DNA from: Vulcanimicrobiota bacterium
Lineage (GTDB): Bacteria; Vulcanimicrobiota; Vulcanimicrobiia; Vulcanimicrobiales; Vulcanimicrobiaceae
Assembly (NCBI GenBank): GCA_003135555.1
Contig: PLCF01000085.1
Span: 88,587 to 152,586, forward strand
DNA length: 64,000 bases
Direction of reading: 5' to 3'
Positions 51,194 to 60,352 of this stretch are shown here, one piece after another (the stretch's first letter is position 1; every line of letters starts with the position of its first letter). A program made the position numbers and the translations under genes. A model generated the notes under the pieces. The model worked only from the letters and a program-made list of their open reading frames with translations. It was not told where the DNA came from and did not search any database.

Positions 51194-52495
51194 ATGCACG
51201 ACCACCCCTGGCTGCGGCTCGCGCTGGCGGCGAAACGTGACGGCGCGGCGCTCGACGCCGGCGTCTGGCGGCGCATCATCGAGGGGTACGTCGCCGGCGA
51301 GATCGACGACGCCCCGGTCGCGGCGCTCGCCATGGCCTGCACGATCCGCGGGATGGCCGACGCCGAGATCGCCGCATTGACCGACGCGATGGTGCGTTCG
51401 GGCGACGTCTTGTCGTTCGGTTCCACCCGCACCATTGTCGACAAGCACTCGTCGGGCGGCGTCGGGGACACCGTGTCGCTCATCGTCGTGCCGCTGGTCG
51501 CGGCGTGCGGCGTCCCGGTCGCCAAGCTCTCCGGCCGCGCGCTCGGCCACACCGGCGGTACGCTCGACAAGCTCGAGGCGATCCCGGGGGTGCGCACGGA
51601 CCTCGACAACGACGCCTTCGTCGCCCAGGTCAACCGGATCGGCTGCGCGGTCGCCGCGCAGTCGCGCCGGCTGGTCCCGGCCGACCTCAAGCTCTACAGC
51701 CTGCGCGACCGTACCGGTACGGTTCCGTCGATCGGGCTCATCGCCGCGTCGATCGTCTCCAAGAAGATCGCCGGCGGCGCCGACGCGATGGTGTTCGACG
51801 TGAAGGCCGGCAGCGGCGCGTTCATGCGGACCGTCGAGAAGGCGACGGAGTTGGCGCAGACGCTGGTGCGGCTGGCCGCGTCGTTCGGGCGCCGCGCGAG
51901 CGCGTTGGTGAGCGACATGGAGGAGCCGCTGGGCGCCGCGGTCGGCAGCGGGATCGAAGCGGTCGAAGCGCGCGACTTTCTGCGCGGGGACGAGCGCGAT
52001 CCGCGCCTCGCCGAAGCGATCTTCGCCGTCGCGCACGAGATGCTGCGCGTCGGCGGGGTCGCCGCGGCCGAGATCGAGCCGCGCGCGCTGGACGCCTTGC
52101 AGTCGGGCGCCGCGTACGAACGGTTCGCGCTCTTGGTCGAGGCCCAGGGCGGCAGCCGCGCCGCGCTCGACGGAATCGCCGCGCACCCGCATCGCGCCAC
52201 CGCCGCCGCCACGGGCGACGGCGTGGTGACGCGGATCGATGCGGCGGCCATCGGTGAGCTCGCGCGCGAGCTTACGACCGCCGACGGCCCGTTCGCGGGG
52301 ATTCGCATCATCGCGCGCGTCGGGACCCCGGTCCGAACCGGCGACGTTTTGGCGGAATGCGCCGGCAGCGCGGTCGATCCGGCCGCGGTCGCGCGCGCGT
52401 TCACGCTGGGAGCGCACGCTCCGCCGGCACGCAAGCTGGTCGAAGCGATCGTCCGGGATGCCGACCTCGCCGCCTCGTCGAACGCGCGCAGCTGA
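51194..52495 (+). CDS. pdp: Pyrimidine-nucleoside (thymidine) phosphorylase
   Basis: DKHSSGGVGD, KLSGRALGHTGGTLDKLE, SIVSKKIA, DVKAGSGAFM. Confidence 0.93.
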   Translation: MHDHPWLRLALAAKRDGAALDAGVWRRIIEGYVAGEIDDAPVAALAMACTIRGMADAEIAALTDAMVRSGDVLSFGSTRTIVDKHSSGGVGDTVSLIVVPLVAACGVPVAKLSGRALGHTGGTLDKLEAIPGVRTDLDNDAFVAQVNRIGCAVAAQSRRLVPADLKLYSLRDRTGTVPSIGLIAASIVSKKIAGGADAMVFDVKAGSGAFMRTVEKATELAQTLVRLAASFGRRASALVSDMEEPLGAAVGSGIEAVEARDFLRGDERDPRLAEAIFAVAHEMLRVGGVAAAEIEPRALDALQSGAAYERFALLVEAQGGSRAALDGIAAHPHRATAAATGDGVVTRIDAAAIGELARELTTADGPFAGIRIIARVGTPVRTGDVLAECAGSAVDPAAVARAFTLGAHAPPARKLVEAIVRDADLAASSNARS

Positions 52496-53538
52496 TGGCG
52501 ACGCACGCGGCCCACACAACGATCGTTACCGGCGGCGCCGGGCTGATCGGCAGCGCGCTGCTGCGGCAGCTCAACCTCGAAGGGCTCGAGGACTGCGTGG
52601 TCGTCGACCGGCTCGGGACGAGCGAGAAGTGGCGCCACCTGGTGCCGCTGCGCTTCGCCGACTACCTCGACGCCGAGGAGTTCTACGCGCGCATCGTGGC
52701 CGATCCGGGCGCGTTCGGGGCGATCGCGACCGTGTTCCATCTGGGCGCCTGTTCCTCGACGACCGAACGCGACGCTTCGTACTTGATCGCCAACAACGTG
52801 CGGCGGTCGCAGGAGATCGCGCGCTGGGCGTTCGAGCGCGGCGCGCGGTTCGTCTACGCGTCATCGGCGGCGACCTACGGCGCGCGCGAGCAGGACATGC
52901 GCGAGGATCTCGATCCCCACGCCTTACGACCGCTCAACATGTACGGCTACTCCAAGCACCTCTTCGACCTGTGGATGCGCCGCGAAGGTTTGCTCGACCG
53001 CGCGGTGGGCCTCAAGTACTTCAACGTCTACGGCCCCAACGAGGACCATAAGGGCAGCATGCGCAGCGTCGTCGCCAAGGCCTACGAGCAGATCGGGGAG
53101 CACGGCACGATCGGGCTGTTCAAGAGCTATCGCGACGGGATCGCCGACGGCGAGCAGACGCGCGACTTCCTCTACGTCAAGGACGCCGCCGAGATCACCA
53201 CGTTCCTCGCCCGCTCGGAGCGGGCCGGCGGGCTCTACAACGTCGGTTCGGGGATCGAACGGAGTTGGAACGACCTCGCGCGTGCCGTGTTCAACGCGCT
53301 CGGACGCAACGTGCGGATCGACTACATCGACATGCCTGAGGCGCTGCGTGGAAAGTATCAGTACCGCACGGTAGCGACGATCGACCGCTTGCACGCGGCG
53401 GGTTGGACGCGCCCGATGACCCCGCTCGAGGACGCGGTCACGGACTACGTGCGCAACTACCTCGTGGGCGGCACCGTGCTGGGCGGCGAGTCCGACCTCG
53501 CGTCGAGCCCGGCACCGACGTTCTCGGCGACGAGGTAG
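52495..53538 (+). CDS. rfaD: ADP-L-glycero-D-manno-heptose 6-epimerase
   Basis: VTGGAGLIGS, HLGACSSTTE, YASSAATYG, PLNMYGYSK, KYFNVYGPNEDHKGSM, RDFLYVKD. Confidence 0.92.
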   Translation: MATHAAHTTIVTGGAGLIGSALLRQLNLEGLEDCVVVDRLGTSEKWRHLVPLRFADYLDAEEFYARIVADPGAFGAIATVFHLGACSSTTERDASYLIANNVRRSQEIARWAFERGARFVYASSAATYGAREQDMREDLDPHALRPLNMYGYSKHLFDLWMRREGLLDRAVGLKYFNVYGPNEDHKGSMRSVVAKAYEQIGEHGTIGLFKSYRDGIADGEQTRDFLYVKDAAEITTFLARSERAGGLYNVGSGIERSWNDLARAVFNALGRNVRIDYIDMPEALRGKYQYRTVATIDRLHAAGWTRPMTPLEDAVTDYVRNYLVGGTVLGGESDLASSPAPTFSATR

Positions 53539-54485
53539 AGCGGGCGGCCTTTGATCTCGTCGTAGACGCGGCCGACGTATTCGCCCAGGATCCCGATGGT
53601 GATGAGCTGCACGCCGCCCAAGAACAAGATCGCGACGATCGTCGAGGTGTAGCCGGGAAAGTTGTAGCCGGTGAAGATGCGCAGCCCGACCTCGTACGCG
53701 CCGACCAAGAACGCGAACACGCTGACGATGAAGCCGAACCAGGTCGCGATGCGCAGGGGGATCTCGCTGAACGCGGTGATCCCGTCGATCGCGAACTTGA
53801 GCATCTTCGAGACCGGATACTTCGACTCGCCCGAATGGCGCTCGGCGCGCTCGTACTCGATCCCGGTCTGCGCGAAGCCGACCCACGAAACGAGCCCGCG
53901 GATGAAGCGGTGGCGCTCGCGCGAGTCGCGCAGCGCCGCGACGACGCGCCGGCTCATCAAACGGAAGTCGCCCGTGTCGACGGGGATCGAGACGTTCGTC
54001 AGGCGCCGGATGAGCCGGTAGAACACGGCCGCGGTGAAGATCTTGAAACGGCTCTCGCCCAGGCGCCGGCGCCGCGTCGCGTAGACGACGTCGAAGCCCT
54101 CCCGGAACTTCGCGAGAAACTCCTCGATCAGCTCGGGCGGATCCTGAAGGTCGCCGTCCATGAGGACGACCGCGTCGCCGCGAGCGGCGTCCAGCCCCGC
54201 GGTCGCGGCGATCTGGTGGCCGAAATTGCGCGAGAGCGAGATGACGCGCAGGTGCGGGTCGGCGCGGGCCGCGCCGCGGAGCTTTTCGAGCGTGGCGTCG
54301 CGGCTGCCATCGTCGACCAGGATCACCTCGTAGGCTGCCGGCGCAACCGACAGCCCGGCGATCACGGCGCCGATGCGGCGCAAGAGCTCGTCGACGTTGT
54401 CGGCCTCGTTGAAGAGCGGGACCACGACGGAGAGCGTCGCATCCGCGCCGCGGCGCACGGCGAGGTCGTGCGGGAGAGAGGCCAC
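53457..54485 (-). CDS. GT2 polyprenol-phosphate glycosyltransferase (GtrB/YkoT-like)
   Basis: SVVVPLFNE, VDDGSRD, SRNFGHQ, MDGDLQDPP, DTGDFRL, two C-terminal TMs, GEYVGR..RPLY. Confidence 0.92.
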   Translation of the reverse strand: MASLPHDLAVRRGADATLSVVVPLFNEADNVDELLRRIGAVIAGLSVAPAAYEVILVDDGSRDATLEKLRGAARADPHLRVISLSRNFGHQIAATAGLDAARGDAVVLMDGDLQDPPELIEEFLAKFREGFDVVYATRRRRLGESRFKIFTAAVFYRLIRRLTNVSIPVDTGDFRLMSRRVVAALRDSRERHRFIRGLVSWVGFAQTGIEYERAERHSGESKYPVSKMLKFAIDGITAFSEIPLRIATWFGFIVSVFAFLVGAYEVGLRIFTGYNFPGYTSTIVAILFLGGVQLITIGILGEYVGRVYDEIKGRPLYLVAENVGAGLDARSDSPPSTVPPTR

Positions 54486-54559
54486 GCCCGGTTGTTCTCG
54501 GCGCTCGCCGGGTCTCCCGGCCGTGCCCTGCCGGGCTCGGCGTACGTTGCAGCGAAAGG

Positions 54560-54952
54560 ATGACGCACATGCTCGCGCCGCTGCTCGGCCTCGTTCTGGT
54601 GCTCGGTCAAGGTCCGGCCGAATCGCCCGCCCCTTTCGCGCACGTCGGCCCAACCCCGCCGCCGCACGGGTATCCGGCGATCAAAGCGTTCTCGATCTCG
54701 ACCACCGACGTCCGCGCCGGGCGGCCGGTGCGCGGCGACGTCGAGACCTCCGACAACGTCCACTACGTCGAGGCGCGGGTGGAGTACCGCGCCGTGGCCA
54801 TGCACGAGGACGCGCCGGGGAGGTTCTCGCTGACCTACACCGTGCCGTGGTGGTTGCCGCCCTGGCTGCGTCACGGCTACACGTTGCAGATCATCGCGCG
54901 CAGCGTCGACGGCGTCGAAACCAGCCGCGCGATTCCGATCAGCGTACGCTAG
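54560..54952 (+). CDS. Secreted hypothetical beta-sandwich protein
   Basis: Signal peptide plus a domain similar to the C-terminus of 49601-51151. Confidence 0.7.
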   Translation: MTHMLAPLLGLVLVLGQGPAESPAPFAHVGPTPPPHGYPAIKAFSISTTDVRAGRPVRGDVETSDNVHYVEARVEYRAVAMHEDAPGRFSLTYTVPWWLPPWLRHGYTLQIIARSVDGVETSRAIPISVR

Positions 54953-57276
54953 AGGCGCTCTAGCGCCGCGACCGTTTCGGCGTGGAAGGCAGCCTGGTAG
55001 GCGACGATGTCGGCGACGCCGGGGAAGCGCGGATCGGTGCGCCGCGCGCCGCGCCGGTAGCGCCCGCCGTCGTCGAGCAGCAGCCCGCGTGCCGCCAGAT
55101 TTGCGAGCGCATCGTCGACGCACGCGCGCGCGTCGCGTGCCAGCTCGGGATCGACGAACGCGCCGCGCGGCAGCGCGTCGCGCAGCCGCACGACGCCGTC
55201 GGCCGCTTCGTGCGCGCCGAACGGCAGATCGACGGCCAGCAGCCAGGTGGCGAGCAACGCGCTCGTGGTGACCGTCCGCGCCGCGGCCAGCGACGTCGCG
55301 AGATCCGCCGGGGCGGCGGGCTGGACGACGCGGTAGAGCAACGGCAGCCTGCGGCCGCGGAACGGGTCGAAGGCGATCGCCGCGAACCACACCGTGGCGA
55401 GCGGGACGAGGTGCTCGACGATCCCTTTGAGCGGGCGCATCCGGCCGTCGGTGCTGTAGAATCCTTCGGGCGTGACGAAGAACGTCGCGCCGCGGCGCAC
55501 CACGTCGACGATGCGCGCGATGTCCGCGTCGACCCCCGCGCGCAGTGCGACCAGCGCCTCCCGGCGGTACGGTTCGAGGACGTGTGAGAGCCGCACGCGT
55601 GCTTCGCCCGCGATGAAAAACGCCGGCGCCAGCAGATCGGCGAGCGTCCGCGCTCCGGCGGGCAGCGCGGCGAGCGCGTCGGGCCGGAAGACCAGCTCGA
55701 GTGGGAGATCACCGTGCCGTGCGTGTACGTCGAGCGCCAGGCTGCGCAGCGGCCGCGCCGACAGCTCGTTCTCGAGCGGCAGCATCCCGATCGCGACGAA
55801 CAGCGGACCCGCGTTCACCCCGCGCATCAGCGGGGCGAGCCACGGCATACGGATCGCAAAGAAGCCCGGCTCGTACATGCGGCGCGAGGACGCGGTAAAC
55901 GCCGGCCGGCCCCGCGATTGCAGGTACGTGCGCTCGACGATGATCTCGGACTCGTCCTCGTGCTGATGGTTGGCGATGAGCACCGTCGGGCCGCGGCGTA
56001 GCGGCAGACGGCCCCACTGGCGCACGCGAATGCGCGTCGCGATGAGCGGCTGGCGGATCGCCGAGGTCAACCCGACCAGCAGCACCGACCAGATCGAGAC
56101 GAGCGGCTTGTGCCCGACCCGCAGCACCCACAGCGAACCGATCGCAAAGCACATCCCCGCCGAGGCGAACAGCCAGCGATAGCCGTCCGCGGTCGTCGCG
56201 CCGTGGGCGATGATCCAGGCGCCGATCGGCGGCGCCGCGATCAACGGCAGGTTCGAGAGCGTGCCCCATACCCCCAAGTCGCGGGCGACGTCGCCCAGCT
56301 CGGGGATCGCATCGAGCGTGAGCGCCCACCCGACCGACGACACGCCGCCGAAACCCAGCCCGAACAGCAGCGCGTACACGAAGATCAGCCGTACGTCGGG
56401 AACCAGCGCGAAACCCAGAGCCGCCAGCGTCATCGGCACCCCCGAAAGCGCGACGGTGACGCGCCGGTCGAGCTTGTCGGAAAGCTTCCCCGCGCCGATG
56501 CTCGAGACGATCGCGCCGAGCAGCGCGGCGCCGGCGACCATGCCGGTGCCCACCGATGCGTTGGCGACGCGCAGCACGTCGCTGAAGAAGTACAGCACGT
56601 AGGTGTTGAGCAGCGTCATGCCGAGCACGATCCAGCCGCGCGCGACGACGGTCACCCAGAGGTCGTGACGATCGCGGATCACCGCGTGCGGCGGCGGCGG
56701 CGCGCTCGGCGCCGGTGCCGGGATCGCCGTCAGCGAGACGCCGGCGAACGCGACGGCCGCCGCCATGGCGAGCAGCGCGTGTTGCGGCGCGAGCAGCGCG
56801 GCGGCGAGCAGGCCGAGGACCGTGCCCGCCAGCGTGAACGCCCCGCGCACGCCGGCCGAGGCTCCCCACGCGGAGCGCGGCACCAGCTCGGGCAGCAGCG
56901 CCTGATAGATCGTCTGTGCGGCGGTGATCGCCACGGTCGCCGCGAGCAGCGCCACGCCCAGCGCGCCGGTCGACATCGCGAACGCCATCGCGACGATTGC
57001 GGCCACGTCGAATCCGAGTGCGACCGCGGTCTCGCGGCGCCGGTCTCCGCCGCGGCGCTTCGCGCGATCCGAAAGCCAGCCTGCCAGCGGCGGCACCAGC
57101 GCGACCGCCGCGCCGACCAGCGTCGCGAGCACCGACAAGACCGCGGTGTGATCGTGCGGCGCGATGCGCAGCACGATCGCCGGCACGACGATCGCGATGA
57201 GCGCCGTGTCTTGAAAGTGGATCCCGAGCCACAGCGCGTTGAGCGCTACGTGGTCCCGTGCGCGGAACGCGCTAAT
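54949..57276 (-). CDS. MFS transporter fused to a lysophospholipid acyltransferase-like domain
   Basis: GWLSDR and GKLSDKLDRR MFS motifs; LIANHQHED and TPEG acyltransferase motifs; first TM lies upstream of GTG 57186, possible ATT start at 57276. Confidence 0.8.
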   Translation of the reverse strand: MSAFRARDHVALNALWLGIHFQDTALIAIVVPAIVLRIAPHDHTAVLSVLATLVGAAVALVPPLAGWLSDRAKRRGGDRRRETAVALGFDVAAIVAMAFAMSTGALGVALLAATVAITAAQTIYQALLPELVPRSAWGASAGVRGAFTLAGTVLGLLAAALLAPQHALLAMAAAVAFAGVSLTAIPAPAPSAPPPPHAVIRDRHDLWVTVVARGWIVLGMTLLNTYVLYFFSDVLRVANASVGTGMVAGAALLGAIVSSIGAGKLSDKLDRRVTVALSGVPMTLAALGFALVPDVRLIFVYALLFGLGFGGVSSVGWALTLDAIPELGDVARDLGVWGTLSNLPLIAAPPIGAWIIAHGATTADGYRWLFASAGMCFAIGSLWVLRVGHKPLVSIWSVLLVGLTSAIRQPLIATRIRVRQWGRLPLRRGPTVLIANHQHEDESEIIVERTYLQSRGRPAFTASSRRMYEPGFFAIRMPWLAPLMRGVNAGPLFVAIGMLPLENELSARPLRSLALDVHARHGDLPLELVFRPDALAALPAGARTLADLLAPAFFIAGEARVRLSHVLEPYRREALVALRAGVDADIARIVDVVRRGATFFVTPEGFYSTDGRMRPLKGIVEHLVPLATVWFAAIAFDPFRGRRLPLLYRVVQPAAPADLATSLAAARTVTTSALLATWLLAVDLPFGAHEAADGVVRLRDALPRGAFVDPELARDARACVDDALANLAARGLLLDDGGRYRRGARRTDPRFPGVADIVAYQAAFHAETVAALERL

Positions 57277-57868
57277 CGATGTCGGCCCAGGCGGGGATGG
57301 TCACGGTGACGTGCGCGTCGGGCTCGCCGGGCGCGATGTGGGCCGGCGGCAACGCGCGCGCCTCGTTGCGCTCGATGGTGCCGTACGATCCGCGCGTCAC
57401 GCGGAACGCGAGCCGCGCGCCGCGGTGCAGCTGCAACGCCAAGCGGAAGTGCCGCGCGTCGACCCGGTCCATGCGGATCTCCGCGGGCGACCAGCTGCTG
57501 CGCTCGGTGCTGATGTAGATGTCGTCACCGGGCGGCGTGCGCGGCGGCACCAGCACGTCGATCGTGGTCGTCACCAGCGCCGTCTCGTCGGCGTCGCGGC
57601 CCGCCGCCGGCGCCAGCACGTACGCCGCCCGCGGGATCTTCGCCGCCGCAAGCGCGGCGGGCGTCAACCGCTGCGGTGTCACCCGGTTGTCGGCGTCGAG
57701 CGCGATCGCGGTCGCGCGCCCGGGGACGAACGCGCTGCACGACGTTCCCTCCGCCAAGCGCAGCACCCCGGCCCCGGCGACCGCGAGGCGGTCGCCGTCG
57801 CACGCTAGCGGGACGATTCGGAAAATCGCGGCCGCCGCCGCCGCCGCGAGCGTCACTGCGTGCATCAC
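57272..57868 (-). CDS. Secreted protein with C-terminal CBM20-like domain (paralog B)
   Basis: VLVPPRTPPGDDIYIS....W....RMDRVD...F....G....FRVTRGSY..IE. Confidence 0.65.
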   Translation of the reverse strand: MMHAVTLAAAAAAAIFRIVPLACDGDRLAVAGAGVLRLAEGTSCSAFVPGRATAIALDADNRVTPQRLTPAALAAAKIPRAAYVLAPAAGRDADETALVTTTIDVLVPPRTPPGDDIYISTERSSWSPAEIRMDRVDARHFRLALQLHRGARLAFRVTRGSYGTIERNEARALPPAHIAPGEPDAHVTVTIPAWADID

Positions 57869-59472
57869 GGCGTGATCGCAAAGCTCCAGCGCGGTTGCCA
57901 GCGCGTCCCGCCCCAGGCGAAGTCATAGGCGCGCGAGACGTCGATCCCGATGTTGGGGAAGGGCCGGAAGCGGGCGCCGCCGCGCACCTCCCACTGCGGC
58001 CGGCCGAAGCCGTTGAACTGCGGAAAGTCGGCGGTGTGCGTGACCGTCAAGCGCAGCGAGGTGCCGTTGGGGGTGAACTGCAGCTCGCCGCTCTGCGCGC
58101 GAAACGTCGTCGCGCCGCTGAAGGCCGCGTAGCCGAAGTACGGCGTTCCGTCGGGCGTGATGAGCGGCGTCGTGGGGGTCGGATAGAAGAGCCCCTGCGT
58201 GTTGGGGTAGACGTCGGCGCCCCACGAGCCCTGGTAGTTCAGGAACAGCTTGAGGTTGCGCGCCAGCGGGCGCGTCACGTTCACGCTCGCGCCCAACGCG
58301 TCGCGATGGTGCGGAAACGAGAACCAGGTCCGCGAGGTGTCGAGCGACGTCGCCATCGTGGCGCCCAACGGCACGCGCACGACCGGCGTCGACACGCTCA
58401 AGTCGAGACCGTGTCGCCACACGGTGGCGTAGTTGTGGGCATCGGGGAGCAGTCCCAAGAGCCCGCCGCGCTGCGCGTCGAACCCGAAGTCGCCGCGCAG
58501 GCGCCAGGTCGCGCCGCCGGGGAGCGGGCGATCCGGCGTACGCAGGCTGGCGTTGAACGACGACCCGCCGCCGGAGACCCGCGTGTAGTCGAGCCGCCCC
58601 CCGGCCGCGCCGAACGCGGCGGTGAAGCCGGCGTGTGCGACCGTGCCGTAGATGGTTCCGCTGGCGTCGGCGATCGCGGTGAAACGCGAGCCGATCCGGC
58701 GGTAGGCGGTGAAGCCGTGCACCGAGTAGCCGTGCAGCGGCGCGTCGATCGATGCGGCGACGTAGGCGTCGTCGCCGGAGACGATCTGTTGCTGCAGCGC
58801 CAGCGCCGCGCCGGGACCGTCCTCCCAGCGCGCGTGCAGCGCGGTGAGCGAGGTCGGCGAACCCCACAATCCGTAGGGCTGGTCGAAGGTCGCGCCCGCC
58901 AAGCTGGTCGAGCCGAACCCCGCGCCCGTCGCGAAGGTGTGCAGGTACGACGGCACGGGCACGCCGCCCACCGATGTCGGGAACGCGGCGGGCGAGAAGC
59001 GTACGTCGGCGTGCGGCGTGATCGTCGCGTGCTTGGACTTGATGAACGCGTAGCGGTCGTCGACGTCGGGGAAGACGAAACGTTCGGCGTCGAAGTCCGC
59101 CGCCGTCGTCGGGCCCAGCGCGCGCGTCGTGCGCCCGACGCCCGACGCGGCATCGAGCACGTCGACGCGCGTGCCGTCGAGTTCGAGCGCGATCGCGTCG
59201 CCGTCGATCGCGGCGGCGCCGCGTGCGACGTGGGCGCGGCCGGCCAAGACCAACCGGTCGGTGCGCAGATCGAGGTACGCGGCGTCGGCGTGGGCGCGCG
59301 TTCCGTCGGCCAGCTTCACGGTCGCGCCGTCACGCACGATCAGCGCCAAGGTGTCGGAGAAGAAGACGATCGAGCCGTTGACCGTCGCGGTCGGGCGCGC
59401 GTCGGCCGCACCCGGAGCCGCCGTGAATGCGAGGCACGCAAGCGCCGCTCGCGTCAAGCCCCAGCGCGTCAT
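57865..59472 (-). CDS. LptD-like outer-membrane protein (paralog B)
   Basis: Signal peptide, OstA-like jellyroll N-terminus, beta-rich body, C-terminal WQPRWSFAITP; homologous to 60349-62109. Confidence 0.6.
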   Translation of the reverse strand: MTRWGLTRAALACLAFTAAPGAADARPTATVNGSIVFFSDTLALIVRDGATVKLADGTRAHADAAYLDLRTDRLVLAGRAHVARGAAAIDGDAIALELDGTRVDVLDAASGVGRTTRALGPTTAADFDAERFVFPDVDDRYAFIKSKHATITPHADVRFSPAAFPTSVGGVPVPSYLHTFATGAGFGSTSLAGATFDQPYGLWGSPTSLTALHARWEDGPGAALALQQQIVSGDDAYVAASIDAPLHGYSVHGFTAYRRIGSRFTAIADASGTIYGTVAHAGFTAAFGAAGGRLDYTRVSGGGSSFNASLRTPDRPLPGGATWRLRGDFGFDAQRGGLLGLLPDAHNYATVWRHGLDLSVSTPVVRVPLGATMATSLDTSRTWFSFPHHRDALGASVNVTRPLARNLKLFLNYQGSWGADVYPNTQGLFYPTPTTPLITPDGTPYFGYAAFSGATTFRAQSGELQFTPNGTSLRLTVTHTADFPQFNGFGRPQWEVRGGARFRPFPNIGIDVSRAYDFAWGGTRWQPRWSFAITP

Positions 59473-59488
59473 CCTAGTGTGCAGCACA

Positions 59489-60352
59489 CTAGCGCGGCGG
59501 CAGGTTCGGCGGCTGCCCGGGTCGTGGCGTCGGGAAGCCGCCCGGCGGCGTCGCGCGCGGCTTGGGATACAGTCCGCCGCCGGGGAACGGATTGGGATTG
59601 AACGGGGTCGGGATCGCGCCGGGCTGCGCGGCCTGCGGCTCGTTGGGCCGGTCGTCCGACCACGCGTAGACCGTCACCGGAACGCTTTGCGCGTCGACTT
59701 CCTTGGTGAAGTACGGATGCGGCGAGGGGCGGATCCCGTTCTGCCCCAGCTCCACGGAGTTCCAGGAACCGCGCGTGATCACAAACGCGAACTTGGTCCC
59801 CGAAGCGAACCGCCGCACGGCGCGATAGCGCTGTCCGTCGATGCGGTCCATCTTGATCGCCCGCGGGTTCCAGCCGCTGTAGTCGGTGCTGATGTAGACA
59901 TCGGTGGCCAGCCGGGTCGTGGGCGGGACGGTGACGACGAACTCGACGGCGACCTCGCGCCCGGTGATGCTCTGCCCGACGATCTCGGGTGCGCGCACGG
60001 TCACCGCCTGGGTGGCGGAATACTGCGTGACGCTCGCATACGCGACGTCGGGCGGCAGCCGGCGCGTGGTGAGGTCGAGCTCGACCACCTCTTTGGTCGC
60101 CGGGTCGAGGATCGCGCGCGCGAACAACTTGGGGCGCGGCTGCAGCGCCGTGGGCTGTCCGGTGTCGTAGTCGGCGATGCGCGGTGCAGCCGCCAGCTTG
60201 AACGCGTCGCCGGTGGTGAAGTACACGAAGCCGTTGCGCACGTCGAGGAGCTGGCCGGTGAAGCGCACGACCGTTCCCTGCGCGAACGACGGCAGGGCGA
60301 GCACGATCACCGCGGCGGCGGCGAGCAGGGACGAGACGAAGCGGATGGTCAC
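59489..60352 (-). CDS. Secreted protein with CBM20-like domain and Pro-rich tail (paralog A)
   Basis: Signal peptide; VEFVVTVPPTT....DVYIS....GWNP..IKMDRID...Y.......GTKFAFVITRGSWNSVE. Confidence 0.7.
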   Translation of the reverse strand: MTIRFVSSLLAAAAVIVLALPSFAQGTVVRFTGQLLDVRNGFVYFTTGDAFKLAAAPRIADYDTGQPTALQPRPKLFARAILDPATKEVVELDLTTRRLPPDVAYASVTQYSATQAVTVRAPEIVGQSITGREVAVEFVVTVPPTTRLATDVYISTDYSGWNPRAIKMDRIDGQRYRAVRRFASGTKFAFVITRGSWNSVELGQNGIRPSPHPYFTKEVDAQSVPVTVYAWSDDRPNEPQAAQPGAIPTPFNPNPFPGGGLYPKPRATPPGGFPTPRPGQPPNLPPR

